A DNA stretch of 64,000 bases from Chloroflexota bacterium (GTDB lineage: Bacteria > Chloroflexota > Limnocylindria > Limnocylindrales > CSP1-4). The stretch is taken from assembly GCA_030447745.1 (NCBI GenBank), contig JAUJOH010000002.1:119516-183515 (forward strand). The letters are read 5' to 3'. The translations under genes and the position numbers were made by a program. The notes beneath the pieces were generated by a model. It was not told the DNA's origin. It searched no databases and saw nothing but the letters and a program-made list of their open reading frames with translations. This document shows positions 29,678-40,232 of this stretch, piece by piece (the stretch's first letter is position 1; each line of letters begins with the position of its first letter).

Positions 29678-31561
29678 TCAGCCGGCCCGCTCCGGCTTCC
29701 CGGCCACCCAGGCCAGCAGGTCGTCCCGCGGCCGCGTGTTGAGCACGGCCGTCGGCTCGACCCATGCCCGGCGCGCCTGGTCGACACCCCACCGGACATA
29801 GTCGAGCTCGGCGGTCTTGTGGGCATCGGAGTCAATCGTCAGCCGGCAGCCGACCTCGACCGCCCGCCGAGCTCGCTCGACGGCGAGGTCGAGACGGTGC
29901 GGTGAGCCGTTCATCTCGAGGGCCGTCCCGGTCCCCGCCGCTGCGTCGTAGATGACCTCCCAGTCGAGGTCCAGATCGTCGCGGCCCTGGATCATCCTGC
30001 CGGCGGGGTGCGCGATCACGTCGACGTGCGGGCTGCGGATCGCGTTCAGCGTCCGGCGCGTCAGCTCGGCGCGCGGCTGGCGGCGCGAGACGTGGAGCGA
30101 CGCTACCACGACGTCGAACGACGCCAGCAGGTCGTCCTCGAAGTCGAGCTGCCCGTCGGCGCGGATCTCGAGCTCGCAGCCGTGGAGCAGGCGGAAGCCC
30201 TCGGCCGGCGTCTCGGGCGGCGCGCTGCCCGCGGCTTCCTCGGCCGCGAACCGCGCGTTGAGCTCGGCGACGATGCCGCGCTGCTCCTCCACCCGGGCGG
30301 GTGACAGACCGCGGGCGATGGCCAGGGACTGGGAGTGGTCCGTCAGGACCTGGTATGCGTAGCCGCGTCGCCGGCACGCCTCCGCCATGACCTCGATCGA
30401 GTGCATCCCGTCCGACCACTCCGAGTGCGTGTGCATGTCGCCCCGGAGCTGGGCGTGTTGGACGAGTCGCGGGAGCCGCCGCTCCAGCGCCGCCTCGATC
30501 TCACCGCGGTCCTCGCGGAGCTCCGGCTCGATGTAGGGGAGGTCGAGGAACGCATACGCCTCGGCCTCCGTTGCGAACGTCCGCAGCTCCGCCGCCTCGC
30601 CGGTCAGCGGCTCGCCGTCCTCGCCGATCCGGAGAAACCCCTTCTCGGACAGGCTCCAGCCGCGGTCGCGGGCACGCGCGCGGAGGAGGACGTTGTGCTC
30701 CTTCGAGCCGGTGAAGTGGATCAGGTACGTGCCATCCTCGCCCGGTGGCATCAGCATCAGGTCGACCTGCGGCCCACGCAGCAGTCGGACCGCCGCCTTG
30801 TGGCCGCCGCGATGGATGACGCCGTCCACGATGCCGAGCGTCGTGAACCGCTCGACCAGGGCGGCCGGATCGTCCGTCTCGGCCAGCAGGTCAAGGTCGC
30901 CGATCGTCTCGCATCGCCGGCGAAGGGATCCTGCGGCGACGATCCGGCGCAAGCCGGGCGTCGACTCGAGCGCCGCGACGAGTCCTTCGACGGTCGCCTC
31001 CGCCTGGTGGATGAAGAGGCGGCGTGGTTGCGCGTCGAGCCTGGAGATGCCCTCCAGGATGAGCGCCTCGGTCTTCGCCGAGAGGCCGCGCAGCTGCCGC
31101 AGCGTGCCGGCCTCGGCCGCGGCGCGGAGATCTTCGAGCGTCCGGATGCCGAGCGTCTCGTGGATCTGGCGGACGGTCCGCGGTCCGAGACCCGGGATCC
31201 GGAGCAGCTCCACGAGGCTGGCCGGGACCTCGGCGCGGAGCCGCTCGAGAAAGGCCATCCGGCCGGTCGTGGCGAGCTCCGCGATCTTGTCGCTGATCGC
31301 GGCACCCACGCCCGGGATGCGCGGTGCCGGTCCGTCGCGGTAGGCGGTCACGACGTCGAACGGCGCCCGCCCGAGCGCGTCGGCGGCGCGGTGGTAGGCC
31401 ACGGTCTTGAAGACCAGCTCGCCCTTGACCTCCAGGATGTCGCCGATCTCGTGGAAGATCCGGGCCAGGTCGCCGTTCGTCAGCAGCCGGCGCTCGCCGG
31501 CCCCCTCCCCGGGGTCGAGGATCTCGTCCGCGTGCGCGTCGTCGTCCGGAGCGGGGATCAC
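29678..31561 (-). CDS. polX: DNA polymerase X / PHP 3'-5' exonuclease
   Basis: HhH IPGVG/IPGLGP, AGSLRR, GDLD, FTGSKEHN; PHP motifs HTHS..SDG, TDHS and DSDAH. Confidence 0.95.
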   Translation of the reverse strand: MIPAPDDDAHADEILDPGEGAGERRLLTNGDLARIFHEIGDILEVKGELVFKTVAYHRAADALGRAPFDVVTAYRDGPAPRIPGVGAAISDKIAELATTGRMAFLERLRAEVPASLVELLRIPGLGPRTVRQIHETLGIRTLEDLRAAAEAGTLRQLRGLSAKTEALILEGISRLDAQPRRLFIHQAEATVEGLVAALESTPGLRRIVAAGSLRRRCETIGDLDLLAETDDPAALVERFTTLGIVDGVIHRGGHKAAVRLLRGPQVDLMLMPPGEDGTYLIHFTGSKEHNVLLRARARDRGWSLSEKGFLRIGEDGEPLTGEAAELRTFATEAEAYAFLDLPYIEPELREDRGEIEAALERRLPRLVQHAQLRGDMHTHSEWSDGMHSIEVMAEACRRRGYAYQVLTDHSQSLAIARGLSPARVEEQRGIVAELNARFAAEEAAGSAPPETPAEGFRLLHGCELEIRADGQLDFEDDLLASFDVVVASLHVSRRQPRAELTRRTLNAIRSPHVDVIAHPAGRMIQGRDDLDLDWEVIYDAAAGTGTALEMNGSPHRLDLAVERARRAVEVGCRLTIDSDAHKTAELDYVRWGVDQARRAWVEPTAVLNTRPRDDLLAWVAGKPERAG

Positions 31562-31599
31562 CCGACGGATCGTAGCCGGGAGGCCGGGCGGCCGGCGGG

Positions 31600-33099
31600 T
31601 CAGGCGGCCGCGACGACCCGGTTCCGGCCGCCGCGCTTCGCCTCGTAGAGCGCGCGATCCGCATGCTCGATCAGGTCGCGGATCGGTTCGTCGTCGACCT
31701 CCGAGAAGGCGACGCCGATCGACACGGTGACGCTCGCCGGCCCGAGCTCCCGCAGGTCGAGCGCGGCGATGGCGGTGCGGATCCGCTCGGCGACCTCGAC
31801 GGCAACGTCTCGACCGGGATTCCTGAGGACGACCACGAACTCCTCGCCGCCGAAGCGAGCCGGCACGTCGTGCTCGCGGACCGTCCGTCCGATCGCCCGC
31901 GCGACCGCTCGGAGCACCTCGTCGCCGACCGAATGGCCGTGCTCGTCATTGACGCGCTTGAAGTGGTCGATGTCCACGAGCAGCACGCCCACGGCGTCGT
32001 CGGCCCTGCGGCGCCGGGCGAGCAGTCCGCAGAACTCGTCGAAATAGCGGCGGTTGGGCAGGCCGGTGAGGGCGTCCGTCGTCGCCCCCGCCTCGGCTGC
32101 CCGATGGTGCGTCGCCCGGGCGAGCGCGGCGGATGCCTCGACGGCGGCGCTCGTCAGGAGGCGCCGGGCGACCGGCGGCCACGGATCGGGGGCGCGGCGC
32201 GCGAGCACGATCGCGCCGACGACGCCTCCGTCTCCCTCCAGCGGTGCCGCCAGGGTGTTGCGGAGCCCGTAGACGTCACGCGCCCGCGCCGCGAGGCGCT
32301 CGGCGGCGCGCCCGGCCGAGCCGCCGACGATCCCGGGCGCCGTGCCAGCCACCCGACCCGCAGGGCGCGCGCCCGCGAGCCGCTCGAGGCGGCCGCGGAG
32401 AGAGGCGGCCCGCCGCCCCCGCGTGCCGCCCGGCGCGGACGGCATGGCCGCGCGGCGCGACGAGCCTCGTCCGCGTGGAGGGCCGTCGCTCTCGCGTACG
32501 GAGCCCGAGTGGCCGCTGGAGCCGCCCGGGCGGCGGAGCGGCCCCACGCCCGCCCGGACCGTCGCCGCCGTCAGCTGCGTTGCCATCGCGACCCGGAGGG
32601 CGGTGGCGACGCGTTCCGCGGGATCCGGCCCCTCGACCTCCTCAACGTCCGAGCGCGGGACGAGGGTCGTCGAGCTCGGCACGCCCGGTCTCGAGCTCAC
32701 GAGGGTCGCCTCGAGCGCCCCGGTCTCCGGCCGCCGGCGCACCACGACGACGTGATCGGCGCCCGCAGCCACGCCGAGGTCCGCGACGATCGCCTGGACG
32801 ATCGCGTCCGGCGAAACGGATCGGGACAGGCCCTGCAGGATCCGGGCGACGCTCTCCGCCTCCGCCCGACGACCGATCGCCAGCCGCTCGAGCACCTGCC
32901 GGTGCAGCACCGCGGCGACCGCCGCCCCCACGACGAGGGCCCCGATGAGGAGGTCGACCGGCGTCGGCCCCTCGGCCACGAGCCGGGCGGCGGCGACCGC
33001 GGTCAGGATCGCGAGGCAGCCGGCGAAGGACCACCACGACCGCCGGAGCCGGCGGTCGTCCGGGTCGGCGCCGCGCGGAGGGTCGGGGGTTCCGGTCAC
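31600..33099 (-). CDS. Membrane-anchored GAF + GGDEF diguanylate cyclase
   Basis: TDALTGLPNRR, DIDHFKRVND, RxxD I-site (REHD) and GGEEF. Confidence 0.9.
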   Translation of the reverse strand: MTGTPDPPRGADPDDRRLRRSWWSFAGCLAILTAVAAARLVAEGPTPVDLLIGALVVGAAVAAVLHRQVLERLAIGRRAEAESVARILQGLSRSVSPDAIVQAIVADLGVAAGADHVVVVRRRPETGALEATLVSSRPGVPSSTTLVPRSDVEEVEGPDPAERVATALRVAMATQLTAATVRAGVGPLRRPGGSSGHSGSVRESDGPPRGRGSSRRAAMPSAPGGTRGRRAASLRGRLERLAGARPAGRVAGTAPGIVGGSAGRAAERLAARARDVYGLRNTLAAPLEGDGGVVGAIVLARRAPDPWPPVARRLLTSAAVEASAALARATHHRAAEAGATTDALTGLPNRRYFDEFCGLLARRRRADDAVGVLLVDIDHFKRVNDEHGHSVGDEVLRAVARAIGRTVREHDVPARFGGEEFVVVLRNPGRDVAVEVAERIRTAIAALDLRELGPASVTVSIGVAFSEVDDEPIRDLIEHADRALYEAKRGGRNRVVAAA

Positions 33100-33226
33100 T
33101 GCGCCTGAGGATGCGCGCGGCCGCGGTCCCCGTCCACCGGCCCACGCCAGTACTTCCGGTGGCCGGCGAGTGGCACTTCCGTTTCGGGCGGAAGACCCGC
33201 CGTCCTCCCTCGAGCGCAGAGTTTCG

Positions 33227-33256
33227 TTGACCCGTTCCTGCCGGCGGCACTACACT
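33227..33256 (+). promoter_or_regulatory. sigma70-type promoter about 260 nt upstream of the MgtE-like gene
   Basis: TTGACC, 18 bp, TACACT. Confidence 0.6.
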
Positions 33257-33518
33257 CGCAGCCGGGCGCCAACGGCCGTCGCCGTCTTCGCGCGATGACC
33301 CGGACCCGTTCCAGACCAGCTTCGGAGGACCACGCCCGTCGTGGAAACCGGACCCAGTACGTCGGCGCCCGACCGGCCCGTCGCCCCGCACGGGGACGGC
33401 GGCGCCACGACCGGCGTCGGAGCCCCGGTCCGTCCCGCCCTCCAGCGGTGACCCACCGCCCCCGCTCGTCGGGGGCTGGACACCCGCGGCGGGACGGCCC
33501 GCCCGCGAGGTGCCATTC

Positions 33519-34778
33519 ATGCTCTATCTGAGCCAGGCGATCGGCCGGCCGGTGCGCGACGGCAGCGGCGAGCCGCTCGGCAAGGTCGCCGACCTCATCG
33601 TCGCCGTCGGCGAACGCTACCCGCCCGTCACGGGCCTCGTGGTCGCGACGGGCCGCCGCCGGATCTTCCTGCCGTGGTCGGGCGTCGAGCGGCTCGACGT
33701 CGACGGCGCCCGGCTGCGGACGCGGACGATCGACATCGGCGGGTTCCAGCAGCGGAGCCAGGAGATCCTGCTCCGCCAGGACCTGATGGACAAGCAGATC
33801 GTCGACATCGACGGTCGCAAGGTCGTGCGCGTCAACGACCTGCGCTTCGACGAGATCGACGGCCGGCTGCGGCTGGTCGCGGTCGACGTCGGCGCCGCCG
33901 GGCTGCTCCGCCGGCTGGGCATGGAAGGCGCCTACCGGATCATCGCCCGCAACCTCGGGCTCCCGCTTCCCGAGCGCTACATCGACTGGGAGGATGTGGA
34001 CCCGGTCGAGACGTCGATCGCGTCGATCAAGCTCCGCGTCCCGCACGCCGGGCTGGCGGAGCTGCACCCCGCCGACCTCGCGTCGATCATCGACCAGCTG
34101 GCGCCGCGTGACCGGGCAGGCGTGCTCGCCTCGCTCGACGACGAGCACGCCGCGGACGCCATCGAGGAGATGGAGCCGGACACGCAGGTGGAGGTGCTGG
34201 AGGACCTCGAGCCCGCAAGGGCGGCGGACATCCTCGAGGAGATGTCACCGGACGACGCCGCGGACCTCGTCGCCGACCTCTCCGACGAGGCCCGTGAAGA
34301 GATCCTCGCGCTGATGGAGCGGGACGAGGCGGCCGAGGTGCAGGAACTGCTCGGCTACGCGGAGGACTCGGCCGGCGGGATCATGACCACGGAGTTCGTC
34401 GCGGTGCCCGCGACCCTGACCGCGGCGCAGACGATCGAGCGGCTGCGCGAGCTCGAGCCGAACGCCGAGACGATCTACTACGTGTACGTCACCGACGAGA
34501 ATGACCGGCTCGTGGGCGTGCTCTCGCTGCGCGACCTGATCGTGGCGCGCCCGGACACGCCGATCGCGGGCGTGATGATCCCCGAGCCCGTCGCCGTTGG
34601 CGTGCTCGCCGACCAGGACGAGGTGGCCCAGGTGGTTGCCCGCTACAACCTCCTGGCCGTCCCGGTCGTCGACCTCGACGGCCGGCTGGCGGGCATCGTG
34701 ACTGTCGACGACGCGATGGACGCGATCCTGCCGACCGCCTGGAAGAAGCGCCTCCCCCGCCTCTTCGCGCGCAGTTGA
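33519..34778 (+). CDS. MgtE intracellular-domain protein (PRC barrels + MgtE_N + CBS pair, no TM domain)
   Basis: DKQIVDIDGRKVVRVND, LHPADLA, DSAGGIMTTEF, YYVYV and GIVTVDD. Confidence 0.88.
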   Translation: MLYLSQAIGRPVRDGSGEPLGKVADLIVAVGERYPPVTGLVVATGRRRIFLPWSGVERLDVDGARLRTRTIDIGGFQQRSQEILLRQDLMDKQIVDIDGRKVVRVNDLRFDEIDGRLRLVAVDVGAAGLLRRLGMEGAYRIIARNLGLPLPERYIDWEDVDPVETSIASIKLRVPHAGLAELHPADLASIIDQLAPRDRAGVLASLDDEHAADAIEEMEPDTQVEVLEDLEPARAADILEEMSPDDAADLVADLSDEAREEILALMERDEAAEVQELLGYAEDSAGGIMTTEFVAVPATLTAAQTIERLRELEPNAETIYYVYVTDENDRLVGVLSLRDLIVARPDTPIAGVMIPEPVAVGVLADQDEVAQVVARYNLLAVPVVDLDGRLAGIVTVDDAMDAILPTAWKKRLPRLFARS

Positions 34779-34898
34779 CGCGACCCGTGCCGGACGTGCC
34801 GTCCGTTCGCGACGCGGGCGCTGACGGGCCGGGGGGCGCGGCCCGGCGGCCAGCGCCGCGTGTCCTCGGGCTCCGCCAGCGGCTGGCGGACCGGCGAC

Positions 34899-35135
34899 CC
34901 CGATGAGGTGCGCCGCACCGGTTGCGCCGACGAGCTCGCGACCGCCCGAAACGTAGTCGTTGTGGAGATGGGTCTCGACGACATGCGTGATCGCGGCACC
35001 GTCCGCCGCGGCCGCGTCGAGATAGGCGTCGACGTCCCGCCGCGGGTCGATCACCGCGGCGATCCCCGCCTCGTCGTCGGTGACGAGGGTCGAGAGGTGC
35101 CCGAGCCCCTCGACCACGAACTGCTCGATCCTCAC
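34899..35135 (-). pseudogene. N-terminal fragment (~80 aa) of an MBL-fold hydrolase
   Basis: VIDPRRDVD and ETHLHNDYVSG. Similarity stops after HLIG. Confidence 0.75.
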
Positions 35136-35203
35136 TCAGCGAGACTAGCACCGGGTCCGTGCCGTCCTGCGCGCTCCATCGTCGCCGCGCGACCGGCGCA
35201 TCG

Positions 35204-35953
35204 CTACATCATCACCAGCCCGCCGTCCACCGCGAGAACCTGCCCGGTGATGTAGCGCGCCTCGTCGCTGGCGAGGAACGCGACGGCGTCGGCGACTTCC
35301 TCGACCGTCCCGAACCGCCCGAGCGGCGTGCGCGACGTGATCTCTGCCTTGAGGTCCTCGGGCAGGTCGCGGGTCAGCTCGGTCAGGACGAAGCCCGGGG
35401 CGACCGCGTTGCAGGTGATGCCGCGCGACGCCAGCTCGCGCGCCGTCGCCTTGGTCAGCCCGATCAGCCCCGCTTTGGCGGCCGAGTAGTTGGCCTGGCC
35501 CATCTGACCTGCCTGCCCGGAGACGGACGTGATGTTGACGATCCGCCCGCCGTGCTGCTTGAGCATCGGTCGTGTCACTGCCTTGGTCGCGTAGAAGGCG
35601 CCGAACAGGTTGGTCTCGAGGACCTCCCGCCATGTCTCCGGGGTCATCCGCATGATCAGGTCGTCGCGCGTGATGCCGGCGTTGTTGACGAGGATGTCGA
35701 CCTTGCCGAGCCCGTCGAGAGCCGCCCGGACGACGCCGTCCGCCGAGCCCGGGTCCGTCACGTCCGCCTGCGCGGCCATCGCCCGGCGCCCGAGCGCCTC
35801 GACCGCCCCGACGGTCTCGTCCGCCGCGGCCTGGTTGCCGCGGTAGCTGAACGCCACGTCGGCGCCCTGCCGCGCGAGGCGCAGGACGATCGCGCGACCG
35901 ATCCCGCGCGACCCGCCCGTGACGACGGCGGTCTTCCCCGTCAGGTCGATCAT
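35204..35953 (-). CDS. fabG: 3-oxoacyl-ACP reductase
   Basis: TGGSRGIG, NNAGITRD, YSAAK and VAPGF. Confidence 0.95.
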   Translation of the reverse strand: MIDLTGKTAVVTGGSRGIGRAIVLRLARQGADVAFSYRGNQAAADETVGAVEALGRRAMAAQADVTDPGSADGVVRAALDGLGKVDILVNNAGITRDDLIMRMTPETWREVLETNLFGAFYATKAVTRPMLKQHGGRIVNITSVSGQAGQMGQANYSAAKAGLIGLTKATARELASRGITCNAVAPGFVLTELTRDLPEDLKAEITSRTPLGRFGTVEEVADAVAFLASDEARYITGQVLAVDGGLVMM

Positions 35954-36007
35954 CGATGCTCCTCACCGTTCACGGCCGGCGCCCGGGTGGTCGGAGCCGC
36001 CGCACCG

Positions 36008-36705
36008 TCAGACCGGCGCCTCGCGCCGGGCCGGCGCCGGCTCGCCCGGCACGACGTCGTCGAGGGGCACGTCGACCGTCCCGGGCCGCTCGAGGACGGC
36101 GGCCAGGACGTCCGGGATCGCGTCGACCGAGTTCCAGTCGACGGGCAGGCGGACCGCCACGTCCTGCGGCCGGACGGCGGCGTCGCCGGCTGGACCGCGG
36201 GCGGGATCGGCCGTCCACTCGACCGTCACCGCGCCGGAGGTGAAGCCCGCGCCGAAGGCGACGATGCACACCCGGTCGCCGACCGCGACCCGCCCCTCGT
36301 TGACGGCCTCAGCCAGCGCGATCGGGACCGAGGCCGCCGACGTGTTCCCGTACCGGTCCAGGTTGACGAACATCCTGTCCATCGGAAGCCCGAGGCCCTT
36401 CGCCACCGCCTCGATGATCCGGATATTGGCCTGGTGCGGGATGAACAGGTCGACGTCGTCGGGCTGGAGACCGGAGCGCCGGATCGAGCCGAGGGCCGTC
36501 GTGGCGAGCGTCCGGGTCGCGAACCGGTACGTCTCCTTGCCCTCCATCCGGACGAAGTGCTCGCCGCGGGCGATCGTTCCGGCCGACGGCGGCGCCTTCG
36601 CGCCACCGGCCGGCAGCCAGATCATGTAGGCGCCCTGCGGCTCGGTCGTCAGCTCGATGCCGAGGCTGCCGCCGGGCTGGTCCGAGGCGGACAGCACGAC
36701 CGCCA
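36008..36705 (-). pseudogene. fabH: C-terminal half of beta-ketoacyl-ACP synthase III, fused in frame to a foreign ORF
   Basis: AVVLSAS, MEGKETYRFA, HQANIRI, GNTSAASVP and FGAGFT. Confidence 0.9.
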
Positions 36706-39100
36706 CCGCCGCCAGCCGCACGCGGCGCTTGATGACGTGGAACGCGGGACGGGCATTAGCCACGCCCCAGCTTTCAAGCGGCGAGACCGTAATCGCCGCG
36801 GCCCGGCCTCCTCCGCGCACGGTGGGAGCCGGAGGCCGGATCGCCATTTGCGGAGCCGCCGGTTGCGGAACTGGTGGAAGCGCCGTGGCCGGCGACGACG
36901 CTCGCGGAGAGAGCGACGGCTTGAGCGGCCCCAGCGGCGCTGCCGAAGGCGTTCCCGGCAGCGCCGGCGAAGGCAGCGGCACCTGCGCCGCGCCCATTGC
37001 CGGGATGGCGGTCAGCGCGCCCTCCGGCAGCGAGAAGCCAGCGGACGGAGCCTTCTTCTCGGACTCCTCGGCGCGCCGCGCTCTGTCCACCATGCTCAGC
37101 CGCAGCGGATTGGAATGGCCCGGCAGTGGCTGACGTCGGCGCGCGCCGCTGATTTGCGGCAACGGTGTCGCGCCGGCGGCGACACTGGGCGTTGGCCGGC
37201 CTGAAGTCGCGCCGGAGGTTGTCAGGGCAGCGCCGCGGCGGGGGCCGCGACGCGGGCCGGAAGCCACACGTGGCGCATCCGGCGTGGCGCGGTCGGCGTT
37301 GTCGCCCGACAGCGGGCGCTCCGTGGTGCGCGGTGGCGTGACACGTCCGACGCGTGGCCCGGTGCGGGCGCCGCGCGCGATTCTGCTGCCGGTCGCGCCG
37401 GGGACTGTAGCTCGTGACGAAGCGTCCGCGTTTGGGGCGAGGGTCATGCGGCCAGGGCCGAAGGCGGGCGCCGGCACGGAGTCTTTACGCGCCGGTCGCT
37501 CAGTAGGCCGTTCGGCGGGCAGCGGCAGCGCGCTCAGGCGCCGCGACGCGTTCGAAGTACTCGCAGTCGTTGGAGCCTTCGCTGGAGCCTTCGCCGGGCG
37601 GCGCGGCGGAACCAACGTTTTGGGGCCGGCGGATCGCCGCGGCACGACGGGCATAGGCGCTACCATCCGCGCCGGCGGCGCGATGTGCGTGAGCGGCGGC
37701 GCGACCGCGCAGGGCGCAAGGCGCGCCACGCGGGGCGCCGGCGACTTGACGGATGGGCGTTTGGCCGGTGTGCGGCGCTGAGCAGGGCGCGCGGCGCGGC
37801 GTGGCGTGGTGCGCTTCGACGGCGCGACAGCCTCGAAAGCGGGCGGCATCGCGCGCTCGAGCAGCGGCGTGGAGGGCACGGCCTGCGGCCCGGTCGCCCG
37901 TGGCTGCTTCGGGTTCGTCTTCGCGCTGGCTGCTAAACGCCCTTTGTTGCCGGACTTGCCACCGTTGGACTTGACGCCGTTGGGCTTGACGCTGGCGCTG
38001 CTGCGCGTGCCGCCGCGCGCCGCACTCTGCGCGATGCCGCCGGACGCGCCGGTGCCGCTCTCGGCAGACGCGGCGGCTGCGGCGCTTTGCAGTTGTGGAA
38101 TCCAGGTCGGATTCAGCGTGCGATTGGCGATGCCGATGGTCACCGGCTCGGCGCGGCCTTCGTTGTTCAGCGAGTCTATGGCCCGCGCATCCAAGCGATA
38201 CATTCCGTCGGGCACCAGGCGCGTGTCGAACTCAAACACATACGGAGGCTGGTTGAGCATACTTGCGCGAACCGTCTTGCCGATGCGCAGCGACCCATCC
38301 GCCGCCGGCGTGCCCGAACTGAGCGAAATCCACACGTATTTGATGCCGAACAGGTTGTCAACGGCCTTGAGCTGGAACTTGAACTGGTCTTTCAGCAGAT
38401 CGCCGTTGTGGACGTTGAGCCATTGCAGGGCGGGTGGCGTGGTGTCGGCGCGCTTGCCGTTGCTGATGTAAATCGAGACTTCCGCCTGGCCGATGTAGCC
38501 CTGAGTGTCGGTGACTTTGACGAGCAGTTTGTGCGAGCCGTCGGCGTAGCGCGTGGTATCGAACTTGAAGCCGCTGGAAGGCTGCGAGTTCAGCGGCACC
38601 GGCCCGCCCACCGTTTCCGAGCGCCCGTCCACGAAAATCTCGACCGTGCTGGCCGGATTGCCCCGCGACTCGACGGCGATCAGAATCGGCGCTTCCCGGC
38701 CTCGCAGCAGGTCGGCGTGGCTCGGCTGCAAAATGCTGACGACCGGGCCGACTTGGGCGCTGGGACGGATGCTCTGCGCCAGCAGCAGCGGCGCGTCCGC
38801 ACCGGACCCGGACGAAGCGGCCCCAGTCGCGGCGTCGGGCAGCACATCGGCCCACACGGGCCGCGCCGTCATCGCTTCGGCGAGCAGGCCGCCGGCCACC
38901 AGCACCCGGACGGCTCCTGCTCCGAGTACTCGATTTCCAAGCGTTCGACCATCGAACGATCGACCAAACGACACAATGGCCGGCGCGGCGATGATTGGCG
39001 CGGCGGTTGCGGCGGGCGCGGCTGCGGCGGGCGCCGGGCGTCTGGCGTCACGGTTCTGCAAAGCGCGGTTTCGAGAGCTGCGGGGTTGGGATGGCCGCAT
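36706..39100 (-). CDS. Foreign, 3'-truncated gene for a putative cell-surface protein: two Ig-like domains, long Pro/Ala/Arg-rich stalk, possible start of a LysM domain
   Basis: GGGAGGAGG SD; repeated FDTTRYADGSH / FDTRLVPDGMY; DTTPP; ends HVIKRRVRLAAVA. More A/T-ending codons than the flanks. Confidence 0.7.
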
Positions 39101-39212
39101 AGGCGATGTCCTCCTCCCAAGGCGAACGAGTCAGAAACGGGTCGGAGATGAACGGGCGCGGCGGGCGCGGCGACAAGCATCCGCCTGCTCCCGGCTGCTC
39201 GGGAGTGTTCTG

Positions 39213-40232
39213 GCTGCCGTCGCCAAACGGAGGATGCGGGATGTTCCGATCGGTGTAGTCGAGACGCCGCGCGTGAGCGTCTCTGCGCCGATGTCGTGGC
39301 GGCGTCGCCGTCTGAGGCCGCGGGCGGGATCGGCCGTGGCGACCCGTAGACGAAGCCCTGCCGGGCGCCATGCGTCATGGCGGCCGCGTTCCGGCCGACG
39401 GCCTCCTTGACCAGCGCGCCGTCGCGCGGCGTCCAGTAGTCCGGATCAGCCTCGCAGCTCGGATCAGGTCGATGTCCGGGTCGCCGTCCGGATCGCGCCT
39501 CATCACCGCGGCCATCGACGCGCCGTCGTCTCGTGCGCCGCCGCGGCCGTTCCGATCGGGCGCAGCCCGCCGGCTCCCTTGGTCCGGCGTCGACGATCCA
39601 CTCGTCGGATGGTGTCGGGCGAGGCCGACGTCGCGGAGCTGGGCCGGCGCGACACGCGTCCACTCGTGCGAGCGGTGTCGTCCATCCGTTCGTGGCGGCT
39701 CCACCGCGCCGGCCGGCACGTCGCCGGCTGAACCGGCGGCTGCTTCGCGACCAGCTGGCAGCTTTCGGCGACGACGCGCGGTGCGTCGACCCGGTTCATG
39801 CCGCGGTCCAGGCGGATCTCGTTGAACGCCGTCATTGCCTCGATCAGGTTCCGATCACCTGGTCGGCGGCGGAATGACGCGACCTTGGACGCCGGCAAGG
39901 ACGTACGGCGGCGAGCCGGGATCTCGTTGAACAGCGTCGTAGACGATGCCATGTCGGCGGCGCCTTGACCGATGACCAGGCCAGGGCGTCGATGGCATCC
40001 AGGTCCGGCGTCAGCGTGGCGACGTGATCGGAGTCGACGCGGCCACGGCGTCGACGTGCGCCGCCGCGACGCGCCGTTCGCGGATCCCGGTCCGGCTCAC
40101 GATCCACTCGTCGGATGTGTCGACCATCCGCTCGAGGTCGGCGTTCGTCAGGACGCCGGCGGGCGCGTACCGGCCCCAGCCGGTGACGTGCGCCCAGCGT
40201 CGCGGCGACAGCCCGGTGCGTCCGTCGTTCAC
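39213..40232 (-). pseudogene. fabH: N-terminal half of fabH, degraded and containing a garbled duplicate of the accB-fabH junction
   Basis: [27 protein letters not shown], later GFVYG and RLDYTDRN..FGDG in shifting frames. Confidence 0.8.

Noticed and set aside
36008-39100. 1030-aa ORF as a genuine Ig-domain/FabH multidomain enzyme
   Set aside because: The FabH part lacks the N-terminal half with the catalytic Cys, which lies on the far side of the insert. The composition shift and adjacent garbled sequence point to an insertion or chimera.
36706-39212. Insert as an IS element, intron or intein
   Set aside because: No transposase, reverse transcriptase, homing endonuclease, terminal inverted repeats or intein terminal residues are visible.
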